A DNA stretch of 64,000 bases from Bacteroidota bacterium (GCA_013298895.1 JAAFJM010000015.1:7811-71810), one strand, 5' to 3'; counted from the stretch's first letter, positions 47,014 through 57,207 are shown. Numbers and translations are program-made. The notes: generated from the letters alone by a model not told the origin.

Positions 47014-47889
47014 ATGAAAAAACAATTTCTTTTACTAACCATGGTTAGTTTGCTTTTTAGTTCGTGTGCAGTAGTGCTTCAAGATGAAATAGGTGTAAAA
47101 AGAACCTTAGGAAGAGTTAATGAAAAAATTCACTACCCAGGAGCAGTTGTTTACAATCCATTTTTATCAAGAGTAATAAAAGTTCCAATTAGAACTATCA
47201 ATTTAGCCATAAACGCTTCCCTTCCAAGCAAAGAAGGTTTAACCATTCAATCTGAAATATCCATTTTATATAAAATAAAAACATCTGAATTACCCAATAT
47301 TTTAAAAAATACCGGATTAAACTTTCAGGATGTAGTAATACTTCCTGTATTTAGGTCGGCAGCGGCAGATATATGCGCCAAATACGAAGCCAAAGATATG
47401 CATAGCAATAAGCGCAGTGTTATTGAAAAAGAAATTAAAGAACGTATGATGGAAGTAGCCGAATCTAAAGGATTTATTATTGAATCGGTGTTAATGAAAA
47501 GCATTAGTTTACCTCCCGGATTAGCCAAAACCATTGAAGAAAAAATGCAATCGGAACAAGAAGCACAAAGAATGGAATTTTTAAAAGAACGCGAAAAACG
47601 TGAAGCTGAAAGAAAAATATTACAAGCCGAAGGCGAAAAACAAAGTAGAATTATAGCAGCCGAAGCTCAAAAAAGAATCATAGAAATAGAGGCTGAAGGT
47701 AAAGCAAATGCACTAAAAACAGAAGCGGAAGCACAAATGAAAGCCAACCAAATGTTAAATAGCAGCTTAACTCCGCAGGTGTTAAAAGCAAAACAAATTG
47801 AAGCTTTTAAATCGCTTTCGGGTTCAAATAATGCCAAAGTTATTATTACCGATGGTAAAACGCCATTAATTGGTATTCCTGAAAATTAG
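47014..47889 (+). CDS. SPFH/band-7 (prohibitin-family) lipoprotein
   Basis: Lipoprotein signal MKKQFLLLTMVSLLFSSC, an SPFH-like core, and a C-terminal coiled-coil rich in E/K/A/Q. Confidence 0.65.
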   Translation: MKKQFLLLTMVSLLFSSCAVVLQDEIGVKRTLGRVNEKIHYPGAVVYNPFLSRVIKVPIRTINLAINASLPSKEGLTIQSEISILYKIKTSELPNILKNTGLNFQDVVILPVFRSAAADICAKYEAKDMHSNKRSVIEKEIKERMMEVAESKGFIIESVLMKSISLPPGLAKTIEEKMQSEQEAQRMEFLKEREKREAERKILQAEGEKQSRIIAAEAQKRIIEIEAEGKANALKTEAEAQMKANQMLNSSLTPQVLKAKQIEAFKSLSGSNNAKVIITDGKTPLIGIPEN

Positions 47890-47917
47890 GTACTAGCTTT
47901 TTAATTTAATAGGCAAT

Positions 47918-47962
47918 AAAACAGCACTTACCAATATTTTATGGTAAGTGCTGTTTTTTTTG
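47918..47962 (+). terminator. Strong Rho-independent terminator
   Basis: AACAGCACTTACC ...loop... GGTAAGTGCTGTT followed by TTTTTTTGA. Confidence 0.75.
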
Positions 47963-47984
47963 ATTAGAGAGATAGATAGATACC

Positions 47985-48153
47985 ATCTCGCCATTATTGG
48001 CATTTAAGCAATGCAGCACCAATAATAATTTTAAACATACTTTACACCCTAGCTAATGCCGAAAGTTTTCGGGAAGGGGCAGTGGATAAAATGGAATATT
48101 TTTTTTTCCACAGGCTAATTCCGAAAGCTTATCAGAACATGTGGCAATTCATC
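47985..48153. repeat. Cluster of dispersed-repeat copies, including GCAGCACCAATAATAATT within an 8-bp inverted repeat ATTATTGG/CCAATAAT
   Basis: See 46745..46848. There are two tandem diverged copies of the TTCCACAGG...GTGGCAAT unit here. Confidence 0.5.
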
Positions 48154-48459
48154 TTTAATGCTGAGCTTATTACAAGGCATTATTCATCAATACCTAATTC
48201 GGAAATGCTGGATTTTAGCTGGCTCAATTTCCCTATAAAATTAAACTTGCTTTAATAAACCTAATTGATATTTTTGTTTTGTAAGAAAGCTAAACTATTA
48301 AAGAGCTAATAGACCAATTATCAGCAGGCAGAAAGCTTAGAAACCTGCGGAGAAGAAGTAATAATTTTAGGAGTAAAAAGTAATAGCTGTTGGTGACGCT
48401 TTGCTAGAGAACAACAGAGAGGTAAAAAATAAAATATTCATTAACTTTGTGAAATAAAT

Positions 48460-49992
48460 TTGAAAAAAGAAATGGACGATGTATTATTATTAGCTGACAA
48501 AGTAAGAAATACTCTAATTCTTGGTGAAAGCCATTTTAGAGAATTTAAATCCGCTTTGGAAGGACGACCTGACAATAAAAAGCCTGGATTAGTAAAACAT
48601 ATATGTGCTTATATTGGAGAGGCATTAGTTTCGTTTGCAAATGCAGATGGTGGTGCGGTATTAATTGGAGTAGAAGATGATGGAACCATTTCTGGAATTC
48701 CACATACTGAAGAAGATATACAAACTATGCTCAATTCTATTCATACACATATTTATCAAAATCAACAACTTCCATTAAATAATGCTAATAAACTTATTTT
48801 AGAAGGCAAAACAATTTTATATTTTTCGGTAAATAAAGGAACAACGATGATATATCAACTTCCAGACGGAAGATGTGTAAGACGAAAAGACAAATCAACT
48901 ATGCCTGCTTCTGTTGACCAAATTCAGTTTGAAAGACAAGAAGTTAAATCAAGAGAATATGATAGTCAATTTGTAGATGGAGCAATGGTAACAGATTTAG
49001 ATGTTAGATTGCTTCAAGGTATTGCAGACCAATATATTAAAGGATTAAGCATAGAAAGGTATTTACAACAAATTGGGCTTGCAGAATATGCTCAAAATGG
49101 TTTAAGACTAAAACGAGCAGCTTTATTACTTTTTGCAACAGACATCGACAGATGGCATCCACGAAGCCAAGTAAGGTTTCTAAAGGTAAAAGGTAATACT
49201 TTAGAAGCTGGAGAAAAGTACAATGTTGTAAGCGATGATACAGTAAAAGGAAATATATTTGATTTGGTAATTAAATCGTGGGAACATTTACGTTCATATT
49301 TAGCCTATAAAACAGAATTTGGAACCAATTCTCAATTTGAACAAAAGTATATTTACCCAGAAGATGCTGTTCGTGAAGCCATTTTAAATGCAATTGCACA
49401 TAGAGATTATAGTATTGCAAATGCAATTGAAATTTATATTTTCAATGACAGAATGGAAATAAAAAGTCCGGGAGCATTGATTTCAACTCTAACTGTCAAA
49501 AATTTATATGAACTAGAAGGTTCTCACGAATCAAGAAATTCACTTATAGCAAGAGTTTTGAGAGAAAATAAATTAATGAGGGAGCTTGGAGAAGGAATGA
49601 AAAGGATTTTTGGTTTGATGCAAGAGCAAGAACTTGAAAAACCTGAATTATATTCTAATGGACTTTGGTTTCGAGTTACTTTATCGAATAAAACTATATT
49701 TAGCTCTAAAGAATTAGAATGGCTTCAACAATTTGAAAAATTTGATTTAACAAAAAACCAAAAACAAATTATTTTATTAGGACTTGGCGACAAAGAAATT
49801 TCCAGTAATGATATTTTTAAGGCATTAAATATTAAAAATACTGAAACCGAAAAGTTTACACAAGAAGTTACTGTATTAAGAAATTATGGTATTCTTGAAA
49901 GTTTTGTTACTTCGGCAGAAGCACAGAAAATTAGTCGTAAAACAAAAAAGAATAGAAAAGATATACCAAGATATAAAGTGAAAGTGCCGTAA
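48460..49992 (+). CDS. Schlafen-like AlbA_2 (putative DNA-binding) + HATPase_c_4 (RecG-C-terminal-like wHTH) protein
   Basis: N-terminal ESHFREFKSALE...KHICAYIGEALVSFANADGGAVLIGVEDDGTISGI is AlbA_2-like. Central VREAILNAIAHRDYSIANAIEIYIFNDRMEIKSPGAL is HATPase_c_4-like. The ATG at 48472 may be the true start. Confidence 0.55.
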   Translation: MKKEMDDVLLLADKVRNTLILGESHFREFKSALEGRPDNKKPGLVKHICAYIGEALVSFANADGGAVLIGVEDDGTISGIPHTEEDIQTMLNSIHTHIYQNQQLPLNNANKLILEGKTILYFSVNKGTTMIYQLPDGRCVRRKDKSTMPASVDQIQFERQEVKSREYDSQFVDGAMVTDLDVRLLQGIADQYIKGLSIERYLQQIGLAEYAQNGLRLKRAALLLFATDIDRWHPRSQVRFLKVKGNTLEAGEKYNVVSDDTVKGNIFDLVIKSWEHLRSYLAYKTEFGTNSQFEQKYIYPEDAVREAILNAIAHRDYSIANAIEIYIFNDRMEIKSPGALISTLTVKNLYELEGSHESRNSLIARVLRENKLMRELGEGMKRIFGLMQEQELEKPELYSNGLWFRVTLSNKTIFSSKELEWLQQFEKFDLTKNQKQIILLGLGDKEISSNDIFKALNIKNTETEKFTQEVTVLRNYGILESFVTSAEAQKISRKTKKNRKDIPRYKVKVP

Positions 49993-50212
49993 AACTCCAA
50001 AATAATGAATATTGTCTTAGGTTAACTATTTGACTCAGAAACTGGCTTTAAACATAGTTAGTTTATGGGTTAACCATTGCTGAATCCTACAAATCTAAAC
50101 CAACAGGATCTTTAATTTTTCGAAATTATTAATTTAGGCTCAAACAAGTGAAATTAAAAAATTATCCAATAATTCATTACACCTTTATTCATTCAGAAAA
50201 AGTAAAATTATT

Positions 50213-51229
50213 ATGACAGAAAACGAAAAGAAAAATATTCCAAGCAGTGGTAAAATTAATTCATTAGTTTATCTAACAGAAAGTAATTACAGGCAGCTAA
50301 TTGGGTGCTCAGATATAAAACATTATGATTTTGAAAATGCCATTTCATTATTTAAACAATTGTATGACAATTGGAAGTTTTATAAAATGTTTAACAAATA
50401 TGATATAAAATTTCTATTTAAAAATTTTATATTATTATCAGGTGAAAATGAAAATCTATTTTTTAAAGAAGTAGAAGATAGAAAAGATAATTTAGGATAT
50501 ATTTTAGAAATTAAAGGTAAGCTTAAGTATCATTTACACCCTTCTTGTGAAGGTTTAAATAGGGGTTTCAGAAATTTTTTCATGCCAGAACCAGTAGCCA
50601 AAATTCAAGATAAAGAAGAAAAAATAAAGGTAGCAAACGAGGTTAGGGATTGGTTTAAAACAAATAATTACACAATTGAAAGGTATTTAAACCAAGAAAT
50701 AAATGATAAGCACTTAACGGAATCATTTAATAGAGTATTCCCTAATAAATTTAATATTGAACCAATATCAATTAGTCAATCAGATCAAAATCAATTTAAG
50801 TGGTATATACAAAAAAAATCAGATACAATAAAAATTGAGAAAGAATTTAGTTTTCAAGAGTTTGAAAATAACGTAACAGCTATTATCTCAGATAGAAATG
50901 ACCTATGCCAACGTTCAATGAAATTGTATAATCTTAGCAAACACGACAATTTAATTAAAGAAAAAGATCATAATATTATGAGTATTCTAAATGAAAGGAT
51001 TGAAACTGGATATTTGAAAGACGTAACTATTGATTATATTGAAAATATGGGGTTAGATGATTTAAAAACCTTTTGGCAAAAGCATATAGATTTAAGAAAC
51101 AAAGGCATATTGGAATTTACAAATTTTTTAAAATGGAAGTTTAATATAAAAGAATACGGACTGATGAATATTAAATTGGAGAATTTCAACTTTGAATGTT
51201 GTACAATGTGTTTAATGAGCCAATCTTAA
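50213..51229 (+). CDS. hypothetical protein with no recognisable domain, strongly AT-rich and Lys/Asn-rich
   Basis: A 338-aa ORF with coding-like periodicity, a HPSCEGLNRGFRNFF segment, and a C-terminal CCTMCLMSQS. Confidence 0.45.
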   Translation: MTENEKKNIPSSGKINSLVYLTESNYRQLIGCSDIKHYDFENAISLFKQLYDNWKFYKMFNKYDIKFLFKNFILLSGENENLFFKEVEDRKDNLGYILEIKGKLKYHLHPSCEGLNRGFRNFFMPEPVAKIQDKEEKIKVANEVRDWFKTNNYTIERYLNQEINDKHLTESFNRVFPNKFNIEPISISQSDQNQFKWYIQKKSDTIKIEKEFSFQEFENNVTAIISDRNDLCQRSMKLYNLSKHDNLIKEKDHNIMSILNERIETGYLKDVTIDYIENMGLDDLKTFWQKHIDLRNKGILEFTNFLKWKFNIKEYGLMNIKLENFNFECCTMCLMSQS

Positions 51230-51293
51230 CTAAGTTGATAATTTCCTGTTTCACCAAAGCAGCACCAACAATAACTATTAATTATACCTCACA

Positions 51294-51336
51294 AAAAAAG
51301 CTATCTAGTTTTGAAACCTGATAGCTTTTTTTGCTT
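51294..51336. terminator. Bidirectional Rho-independent terminator
   Basis: AAAGCTATC ...loop... GATAGCTTT followed by TTTTTG, between the convergent 50213..51229 (+) and 51353..51970 (-). Confidence 0.65.
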
Positions 51337-51352
51337 TAAATCATGTGTTGTA

Positions 51353-51970
51353 TTATGCTTCGTATAATCCCAATGCATCTAATACGTTGTTTAGTTCTTC
51401 AAAATCTTTAAGGCCAGTTTTTTCTTCATCGCCTCCTATTATGTTTAAGGCATACGGTTGGTAAGTAGCCAATGTTTCTTTTATGTTTTCGGGTACTGTA
51501 TTATAACCCCAAACTATTTTGTTATTGGCACATATTTGTTTTAAATCGTCAGCACTTAAAGTATGGCCATTGCTTGAATATAAATGAAAAGCATCTACTT
51601 TATCGGTATATGCTTCAAAAATTTTATGAAGCGCAGTTACATCAAATAAACTGGTATCAATTTTTTTGATAATAGGCTTGTCTATTTCGGCTAAATCGGT
51701 TGGCAACAAATCGTTGTTTAGTTCTACAATATCAATGTTCAACATATCAACTATATCGGCCACTTCTTTCATAGTTTGGTTTCCAAACTCAGCCACTACA
51801 AAACATCCAGAAGTCCAATCGATAATTTCTTTGGCTTTAACTGGCGGAATATAACTTACACTTTGAGGGTCAAAACAAAAACCCATATAATCAATACCTG
51901 CTGCGGCTGCAAAGCGGGCATCGCTTAAGTTGGTAATATTACCCAACTTAATTTTTACGTTTTGATTCAT
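51353..51970 (-). CDS. phosphoribosylanthranilate isomerase-like (TrpF-like) TIM-barrel protein
   Basis: IKLGNITNLSDARFAAAAGIDYMGFCF resembles the PRAI N-terminus (K.CG.T...DA..A...GAD..GF.F). Length 205 aa. Confidence 0.4.
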   Translation of the reverse strand: MNQNVKIKLGNITNLSDARFAAAAGIDYMGFCFDPQSVSYIPPVKAKEIIDWTSGCFVVAEFGNQTMKEVADIVDMLNIDIVELNNDLLPTDLAEIDKPIIKKIDTSLFDVTALHKIFEAYTDKVDAFHLYSSNGHTLSADDLKQICANNKIVWGYNTVPENIKETLATYQPYALNIIGGDEEKTGLKDFEELNNVLDALGLYEA

Positions 51971-51979
51971 TTAATTCTT

Positions 51980-52498
51980 TTATCGTTTTTTATAAATAGG
52001 CACATTGCTGCAAGCTTCGCCATACATTAAACTTTTTACCACTGGTAGTAACTTATTGCTCATGGCTACATAAGCAGCTATGGGCAACTCATTTTGGCTA
52101 CACCCCTTTAAAATAATGCGTTTATTGGCATAATCGGCAGGGTTCAGTTGTGCAATGGCATCGTTATACAATGCTATTTCAAGTTGTTCTAAATTGCCAA
52201 ACACATATTTATTGGCATACGGCTGCACCGCACTAGCCAAAAGCATATAAGCCCAAGTAGGCACTATGGCATCGGTACTGCAATAAAAAGCTATATTTTG
52301 GTTTTGGTATTGGCTCCAATCGTGGTTTTTAACAAAATCTCTAAAATCTTTTTCCTTTAAAATCATTTCCCTAAAAAGCCAATCCTTAATATCGAACAAA
52401 ACCCTTTTACCTGCATGGCGCAAGGTTTCTAAATCAATGGTAATAAGGCCACTGTTAGCTACTTTATTTTCAATTAAATCTAATTCTGCTAAATCCAT
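51980..52498 (-). CDS. DUF2480-like hypothetical protein
   Basis: 172 aa, soluble. Family assignment is from memory of Flavobacteriia annotations only. Confidence 0.35.
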   Translation of the reverse strand: MDLAELDLIENKVANSGLITIDLETLRHAGKRVLFDIKDWLFREMILKEKDFRDFVKNHDWSQYQNQNIAFYCSTDAIVPTWAYMLLASAVQPYANKYVFGNLEQLEIALYNDAIAQLNPADYANKRIILKGCSQNELPIAAYVAMSNKLLPVVKSLMYGEACSNVPIYKKR

Positions 52499-52507
52499 TT
52501 TATTACA

Positions 52508-52891
52508 TTATTGACGAACAATCATGGTTCTGGTAATGGTTTTTTGTCCCAATACTTGTACTACATTGGTATCGCTTTTGGTGCCACTTTGAGCCCTTAG
52601 GTAATAATTGCCTTGCAGTATAAAACCAAAATCGGCAGTGCCACTTACGGTAGAAATGGTATTTAAATAAAAATTGCGCTTTAAATCTTCGTAAGATGGA
52701 TACAAAAATACTTGTGCACCATTAATTTGGGTATTGTTATTGGTTCCATCTAAAACCACTACCTTTAGCCTTCCGCTAAACTGAGAACTATCGTTGGTTA
52801 CAATAGTTTGCGAAGGAGTAGCAATGGTTTCGGTTTTGGTGCAAGATAAAACCATAAAAGCTAATATTATTATAGCAAATAACTTATTCAT
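52508..52891 (-). CDS. hypothetical small lipoprotein
   Basis: MNKLFAIIILAFMVLSCTK lipobox and a beta-rich body. Confidence 0.4.
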   Translation of the reverse strand: MNKLFAIIILAFMVLSCTKTETIATPSQTIVTNDSSQFSGRLKVVVLDGTNNNTQINGAQVFLYPSYEDLKRNFYLNTISTVSGTADFGFILQGNYYLRAQSGTKSDTNVVQVLGQKTITRTMIVRQ

Positions 52892-52897
52892 AATGTA

Positions 52898-54334
52898 TTA
52901 TTTTATTTCAGAAATTTTAATGGTATTTACCCTGTTACGTTCAATGATTGGCATACTTGCGGTATTAATTACCAATTGTCCTTTTTGAATATAACCACCT
53001 TTTAACAGGTTATTATTTACATCTTGCATGGAGTCATCGGTACTTTCAAACTCGCGGTATAAAAAGCCACGTACACCCCAAACCAAACTTAAAGTATTAA
53101 CCAAACGAGGGTTAGTTGTAAAAATAAAAATGCTTGCTTTTGGGCGGAATGATGAAATTTTATAAGCTGAATAACCCGAAAAAGTCATACCCACAATGGC
53201 ACTTGCTTTTAAATGGTCGCTAACTCTTACTGCTGTAAAACAAATTTCATCCGATAAAAAGGTTTCACTATCTTCTGTAGGCCTAGTTCCTTTAAAATAA
53301 GGCGCATTGGTTCCTGTTTCTACCTCCATAATGGTTCTGCGCATGTAGCTGATGGCATTAACCGGATATGCACCCACCGAAGTTTCGGCACTTAACATTA
53401 CTGCATCGGCACCATCCATTACTGCATTGGCAATATCGTTTAACTCAGCACGTGTAGGCACTGGGCTTACAATCATGCTTTCCATCATTTGCGTAGCAAT
53501 AATAACAGGCTTGCTTGCTTCAATGCATTTTTTAACAATGCGTTTTTGAATAACAGGCACTTGTTCCATAGGCATTTCTACTCCTAAATCGCCACGCGCC
53601 ACCATTATTCCATCAGAGGCTGCAATGATTTTATCAATATTAGCCACTGCTTCTGGCTTTTCTATTTTTGAAATTACACGAGGTTTCCAATCGTTTAATT
53701 CAATAATATTTTTTATAAAAACAACATCATGTTCATTTCTTACGAATGAAAGGGCCACCCACTCTACTTTATTATCCAAACCAAACTTCAAATCATCCAA
53801 ATCTTTTTGAGTCATACTTGGAATACTCATTTTGGTATTAGGTAAGTTAAATCCTTTTTTATTTGAAAGCCACCCTCCAAAAACAACTTCGGCCTTCACC
53901 AAGTTTTTCTTATTGGTTTCAATTACTTTTAATTCCAGTTTTCCATCATCTAATAAAATGCGTTCGCCTGGATTTACATCTTTAGGTAAATTTTCAAAAT
54001 TGATATAAATGCGGTTACTCGTTCCAATGCATTTTTCGGTAGTTACTTCAATTATTTCACCTTGAATTAACTCTACCTTACCATTTTCCATTTCACCAAC
54101 ACGTAACTTAGGACCTTGTAAATCTAAAAGCATACAAACATTAGTTCCTAAATCCTGATTAGCTTGCCTAATATTATCAATAACCTGCTGATGATCGGCA
54201 TAAGAACCATGTGAAAAATTTAGACGACAAACATCAACTCCTTCGTTAATAATGGCTTTTAAATTTTCTAAACTGCTGGTGGCTGGCCCAATTGTAGCCA
54301 CAATTTTGGTACGGTTAAAAAGTGCTTTACTCAT
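52898..54334 (-). CDS. pyk: pyruvate kinase
   Basis: TKIVATIGPA, MVARGDLGVE and other PK barrel and C-terminal domain motifs. 478 aa. Confidence 0.9.
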   Translation of the reverse strand: MSKALFNRTKIVATIGPATSSLENLKAIINEGVDVCRLNFSHGSYADHQQVIDNIRQANQDLGTNVCMLLDLQGPKLRVGEMENGKVELIQGEIIEVTTEKCIGTSNRIYINFENLPKDVNPGERILLDDGKLELKVIETNKKNLVKAEVVFGGWLSNKKGFNLPNTKMSIPSMTQKDLDDLKFGLDNKVEWVALSFVRNEHDVVFIKNIIELNDWKPRVISKIEKPEAVANIDKIIAASDGIMVARGDLGVEMPMEQVPVIQKRIVKKCIEASKPVIIATQMMESMIVSPVPTRAELNDIANAVMDGADAVMLSAETSVGAYPVNAISYMRRTIMEVETGTNAPYFKGTRPTEDSETFLSDEICFTAVRVSDHLKASAIVGMTFSGYSAYKISSFRPKASIFIFTTNPRLVNTLSLVWGVRGFLYREFESTDDSMQDVNNNLLKGGYIQKGQLVINTASMPIIERNRVNTIKISEIK

Positions 54335-54352
54335 CTCTCTTCTATAATTTTT

Positions 54353-54772
54353 TTATAATATTAAATTTACTTTCTGTTTTAGCCTTGTTTGGTCTATTAA
54401 ACTAACAAGCTGAATTTCAGAAATGGTTTTTACTTGTTTTAAAAATAATTTTTCATCAAAAAAAGATAGTCCACCTTCAATTAAAATAAAGTATTGCATG
54501 GCTCTTAATTCTGTAAAAAGAATTTTACTTTCATCGGAATTGGAAAAAAGCGTGTAAGTTAAGTGGTTTAGCTCATCGTTGTAAATAAATTTATTGAAAT
54601 AAAAATATTCTCTTTCCGATTCGTTATACCATTCAATGCTATCAACTCGAGCTAAATTTATTTCGAGTGAATGGTTTAATAACCATGCTAGGCGCGACAC
54701 TTTTTCATTGCTTAGCAATCCGTAAAAAAGTGTTTCTTCCTCATCTGTAATATCTAGCGCGAACTTTTTCAA
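54353..54772 (-). CDS. hypothetical protein (possibly IPExxxVDY-family) upstream of pyk
   Basis: 139 aa. It is tightly linked to pyk with an 18-bp gap. Confidence 0.35.
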   Translation of the reverse strand: MKKFALDITDEEETLFYGLLSNEKVSRLAWLLNHSLEINLARVDSIEWYNESEREYFYFNKFIYNDELNHLTYTLFSNSDESKILFTELRAMQYFILIEGGLSFFDEKLFLKQVKTISEIQLVSLIDQTRLKQKVNLIL

Positions 54773-54865
54773 TTAAAAAATCGTGCTAATATACTATTTG
54801 TATGTGACGATTGTGTTAATTTTTTTGAAAAAAAATCCCAAAAGGCTTTATCCTTTGGCATTAAA

Positions 54866-55981
54866 CTAACCAATTGCTTCGTGCAAATTAGGTAATTTAC
54901 CCAATTGTTTTAGGTAGGCAATATGTGAACCAATGGCACCAAAAAGGGTTTTATTTTCTAAATAAGGCACCCCAAATTCTTTAGCTGTTTGTTTTACTAT
55001 TTTAGCAATGGCTGGATAATGCACATGCGATACTTTTTGAAACAAATGGTGTTCTACTTGGTAATTTAAACCTCCTACATACCATGAAAGCAATTTGTTA
55101 TTGGGCGAAAAATTAACTGTGGTATTTAATTGATGAATAGCCCAGTCGTTTTCAATAATTCCATCTGCATTAGGCATTGGATGGTCGGTATGTTCAACAG
55201 TATGTGCTAATTGAAAAACAGTGGTTAAAATTAATCCTGAAAAAAAATGCATCAGCATAAAGCCTATAAATACTTGCCAAAACGGAATTTGAAACACATA
55301 AGTTGGCACTAAAAACATGACTATAAAATAAAATATTTTGATACCAATAATTTTAGAAAGAATAGCCACATTTTCCTTTTTAGAAGCACTGTTTACACCA
55401 TTTTTTGAAAACTGATAAAACTGAATAAAATCTTTAGCTACGGCCCAATAAAAAGTAAGCAAACCATAAAAAAAGAAAGCATAAATCCATTGGAACTGAT
55501 GGAAACTTTTCTGCTTGGTATGTGGCGAAAATTTTAAAACCAATCTGTCGGAAATATCATCATCTAAATGAGTAATATTGGTATAAGTATGGTGTAATAT
55601 ATTGTGCTGTAATTTCCAATTAAACACTGAACCACCTAATAAATTCAAAGAGTGTCCAACCCAATAATTTACATTTTTATTAGCTGAGTAAGCCCCATGA
55701 TTGGCATCGTGCATTACACTCATGCCAATACCCGCAAGACTAATACCCATTAAACTCCAAAACAATAAACTAATTCCAAAACTTGGTCTAAAAGCCATTA
55801 AAGCTAAAAAAGGTAAAATATAAGCACTTAAAAGAATAATGGTTTTTAAAACCATGCCCGTATTGGCGTGTTTTGAAATATTGTTATCAATAAAATATTG
55901 ATCTACACGCTTTTTTAAAATGGAATAAAAACCTGTTTTATTTTTGTCTATAAACTTAACTTGCTCCTTTAAATGTGACAT
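54866..55981 (-). CDS. membrane fatty-acid desaturase
   Basis: Histidine boxes HDANHGAY, HNILHHTYTN and QVEHHLF, with four or more TM helices. Confidence 0.8.
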   Translation of the reverse strand: MSHLKEQVKFIDKNKTGFYSILKKRVDQYFIDNNISKHANTGMVLKTIILLSAYILPFLALMAFRPSFGISLLFWSLMGISLAGIGMSVMHDANHGAYSANKNVNYWVGHSLNLLGGSVFNWKLQHNILHHTYTNITHLDDDISDRLVLKFSPHTKQKSFHQFQWIYAFFFYGLLTFYWAVAKDFIQFYQFSKNGVNSASKKENVAILSKIIGIKIFYFIVMFLVPTYVFQIPFWQVFIGFMLMHFFSGLILTTVFQLAHTVEHTDHPMPNADGIIENDWAIHQLNTTVNFSPNNKLLSWYVGGLNYQVEHHLFQKVSHVHYPAIAKIVKQTAKEFGVPYLENKTLFGAIGSHIAYLKQLGKLPNLHEAIG

Positions 55982-56138
55982 ATTACAAAGAAAACTACTT
56001 TGAGTTGAAAATCAACATGTAAAAACGTAATCAAAATGTAATTTTTATTATCAAAATTTTAAAACAAAACAACTCAATCAAAAAACTATATTTTTTGAAT
56101 ATAAAGTTTTATCAATAACATTGCAGCCCAATTTTATG

Positions 56139-56612
56139 CAAACTGCCTCTATTTCTGAAATAAAAAAAGAATTACAAACGCTTCATGCTGCGCAATTGGT
56201 AGAACTTTGTACCAAAATAGCCAAGTATAAAAAAGACAATAAGGAGTTTTTAAATTACTTGTTATTTCAAACCCACGATGAAGCCCAATTTATTGATGGT
56301 ATAAAACAAGAAATGACTGAACTGTTTGCCGAAATGAACCGAAGCAATTTGTATTTTGCAAAAAAAACCATCAGAAAAATATTGCGATTGGCTAATAAAA
56401 ATGCAAAATACTCTGCTAAGGCAGGCACAAATATTGAACTATTGGTGCACTTTTGCAAAGAATTAGATAATACAGGCATTGATTTTAGAAAGAGTACTGT
56501 TTTGTATAATTTATACAAAGCACAACTCAAAAAAATAAATGAATCACTCAGTACCTTGCACGAGGATTTGCAATACGATTACCAAAAAGAAATTGATTTA
56601 TTAAACAAATAA
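56139..56612 (+). CDS. hypothetical protein
   Basis: A helical, Lys-rich ORF of ~157 aa from Met 56139 (or 163 aa from 56121). Confidence 0.35.
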   Translation, partial: QTASISEIKKELQTLHAAQLVELCTKIAKYKKDNKEFLNYLLFQTHDEAQFIDGIKQEMTELFAEMNRSNLYFAKKTIRKILRLANKNAKYSAKAGTNIELLVHFCKELDNTGIDFRKSTVLYNLYKAQLKKINESLSTLHEDLQYDYQKEIDLLNK

Positions 56613-56625
56613 TTTTTAATTAAAC

Positions 56626-57207
56626 ATGTTAGGACTTAAACTTCCAACCGACCCACGTTGGGTAAATATAGTAGAAAGTAATTTAGAAGAAATATTAACC
56701 GACCATGCTTGGTGCGAACAAAAAGCAGCTAGTAACGCCATTACCATTATTACTTACAATCCGGAGCTAACTGATTTGGTGGCAGATTTATTAGATTTGG
56801 TAAAAGAAGAAATTAGCCATTTTGAAATGGTGTTTAATATAATAAAAGAACGTGGTTACACTTTAGGCCGCGAACGCAAAGACAGTTATGTAAACGAATT
56901 GTATCAATTTATGCAAAAAGGCGGAAGCCGCAACGCAAGTTTTGTAGATAGAATGCTTTTTTCGGCTATGATTGAAGCAAGAAGTTGCGAGCGTTTTAAA
57001 GTGCTTTCTGAAAATATAAAGGATGAAGAACTTTCTAAATTCTATTACGATTTAATGGCAAGCGAAGCCAGTCATTATACCACATTTATAGGCTATGCGC
57101 GCAAATATGGAAAAGATGTAGACGTTGATAAACGTTGGAAAGAATGGCTTGAATACGAAGCAAAAGTAATTGCCAATTATGGTAAACAAGAAACGGTGCA
57201 TGGGTAA
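56626..57207 (+). CDS. miaE: tRNA-(ms2io6A37) hydroxylase, ferritin-like di-iron
   Basis: HAWCEQKAASNAI, EEISHFEMV and MIEARSCERF match the MiaE di-iron ligand helices. Confidence 0.6.
   Translation: MLGLKLPTDPRWVNIVESNLEEILTDHAWCEQKAASNAITIITYNPELTDLVADLLDLVKEEISHFEMVFNIIKERGYTLGRERKDSYVNELYQFMQKGGSRNASFVDRMLFSAMIEARSCERFKVLSENIKDEELSKFYYDLMASEASHYTTFIGYARKYGKDVDVDKRWKEWLEYEAKVIANYGKQETVHG

Noticed and set aside
47963-48459. Possible tRNA or small RNA gene in the long gap before the AlbA_2 gene
   Set aside because: I found no tRNA-like T-arm (GGTTCGAATCC-type) or cloverleaf by eye anywhere in the window. The purine-rich stretch at 48300..48420 has no obvious structure. I cannot exclude an sRNA, but I see no support for one.
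51472-51854. Plus-strand ORFs inside the TrpF-like gene
   Set aside because: Antisense shadow ORFs.
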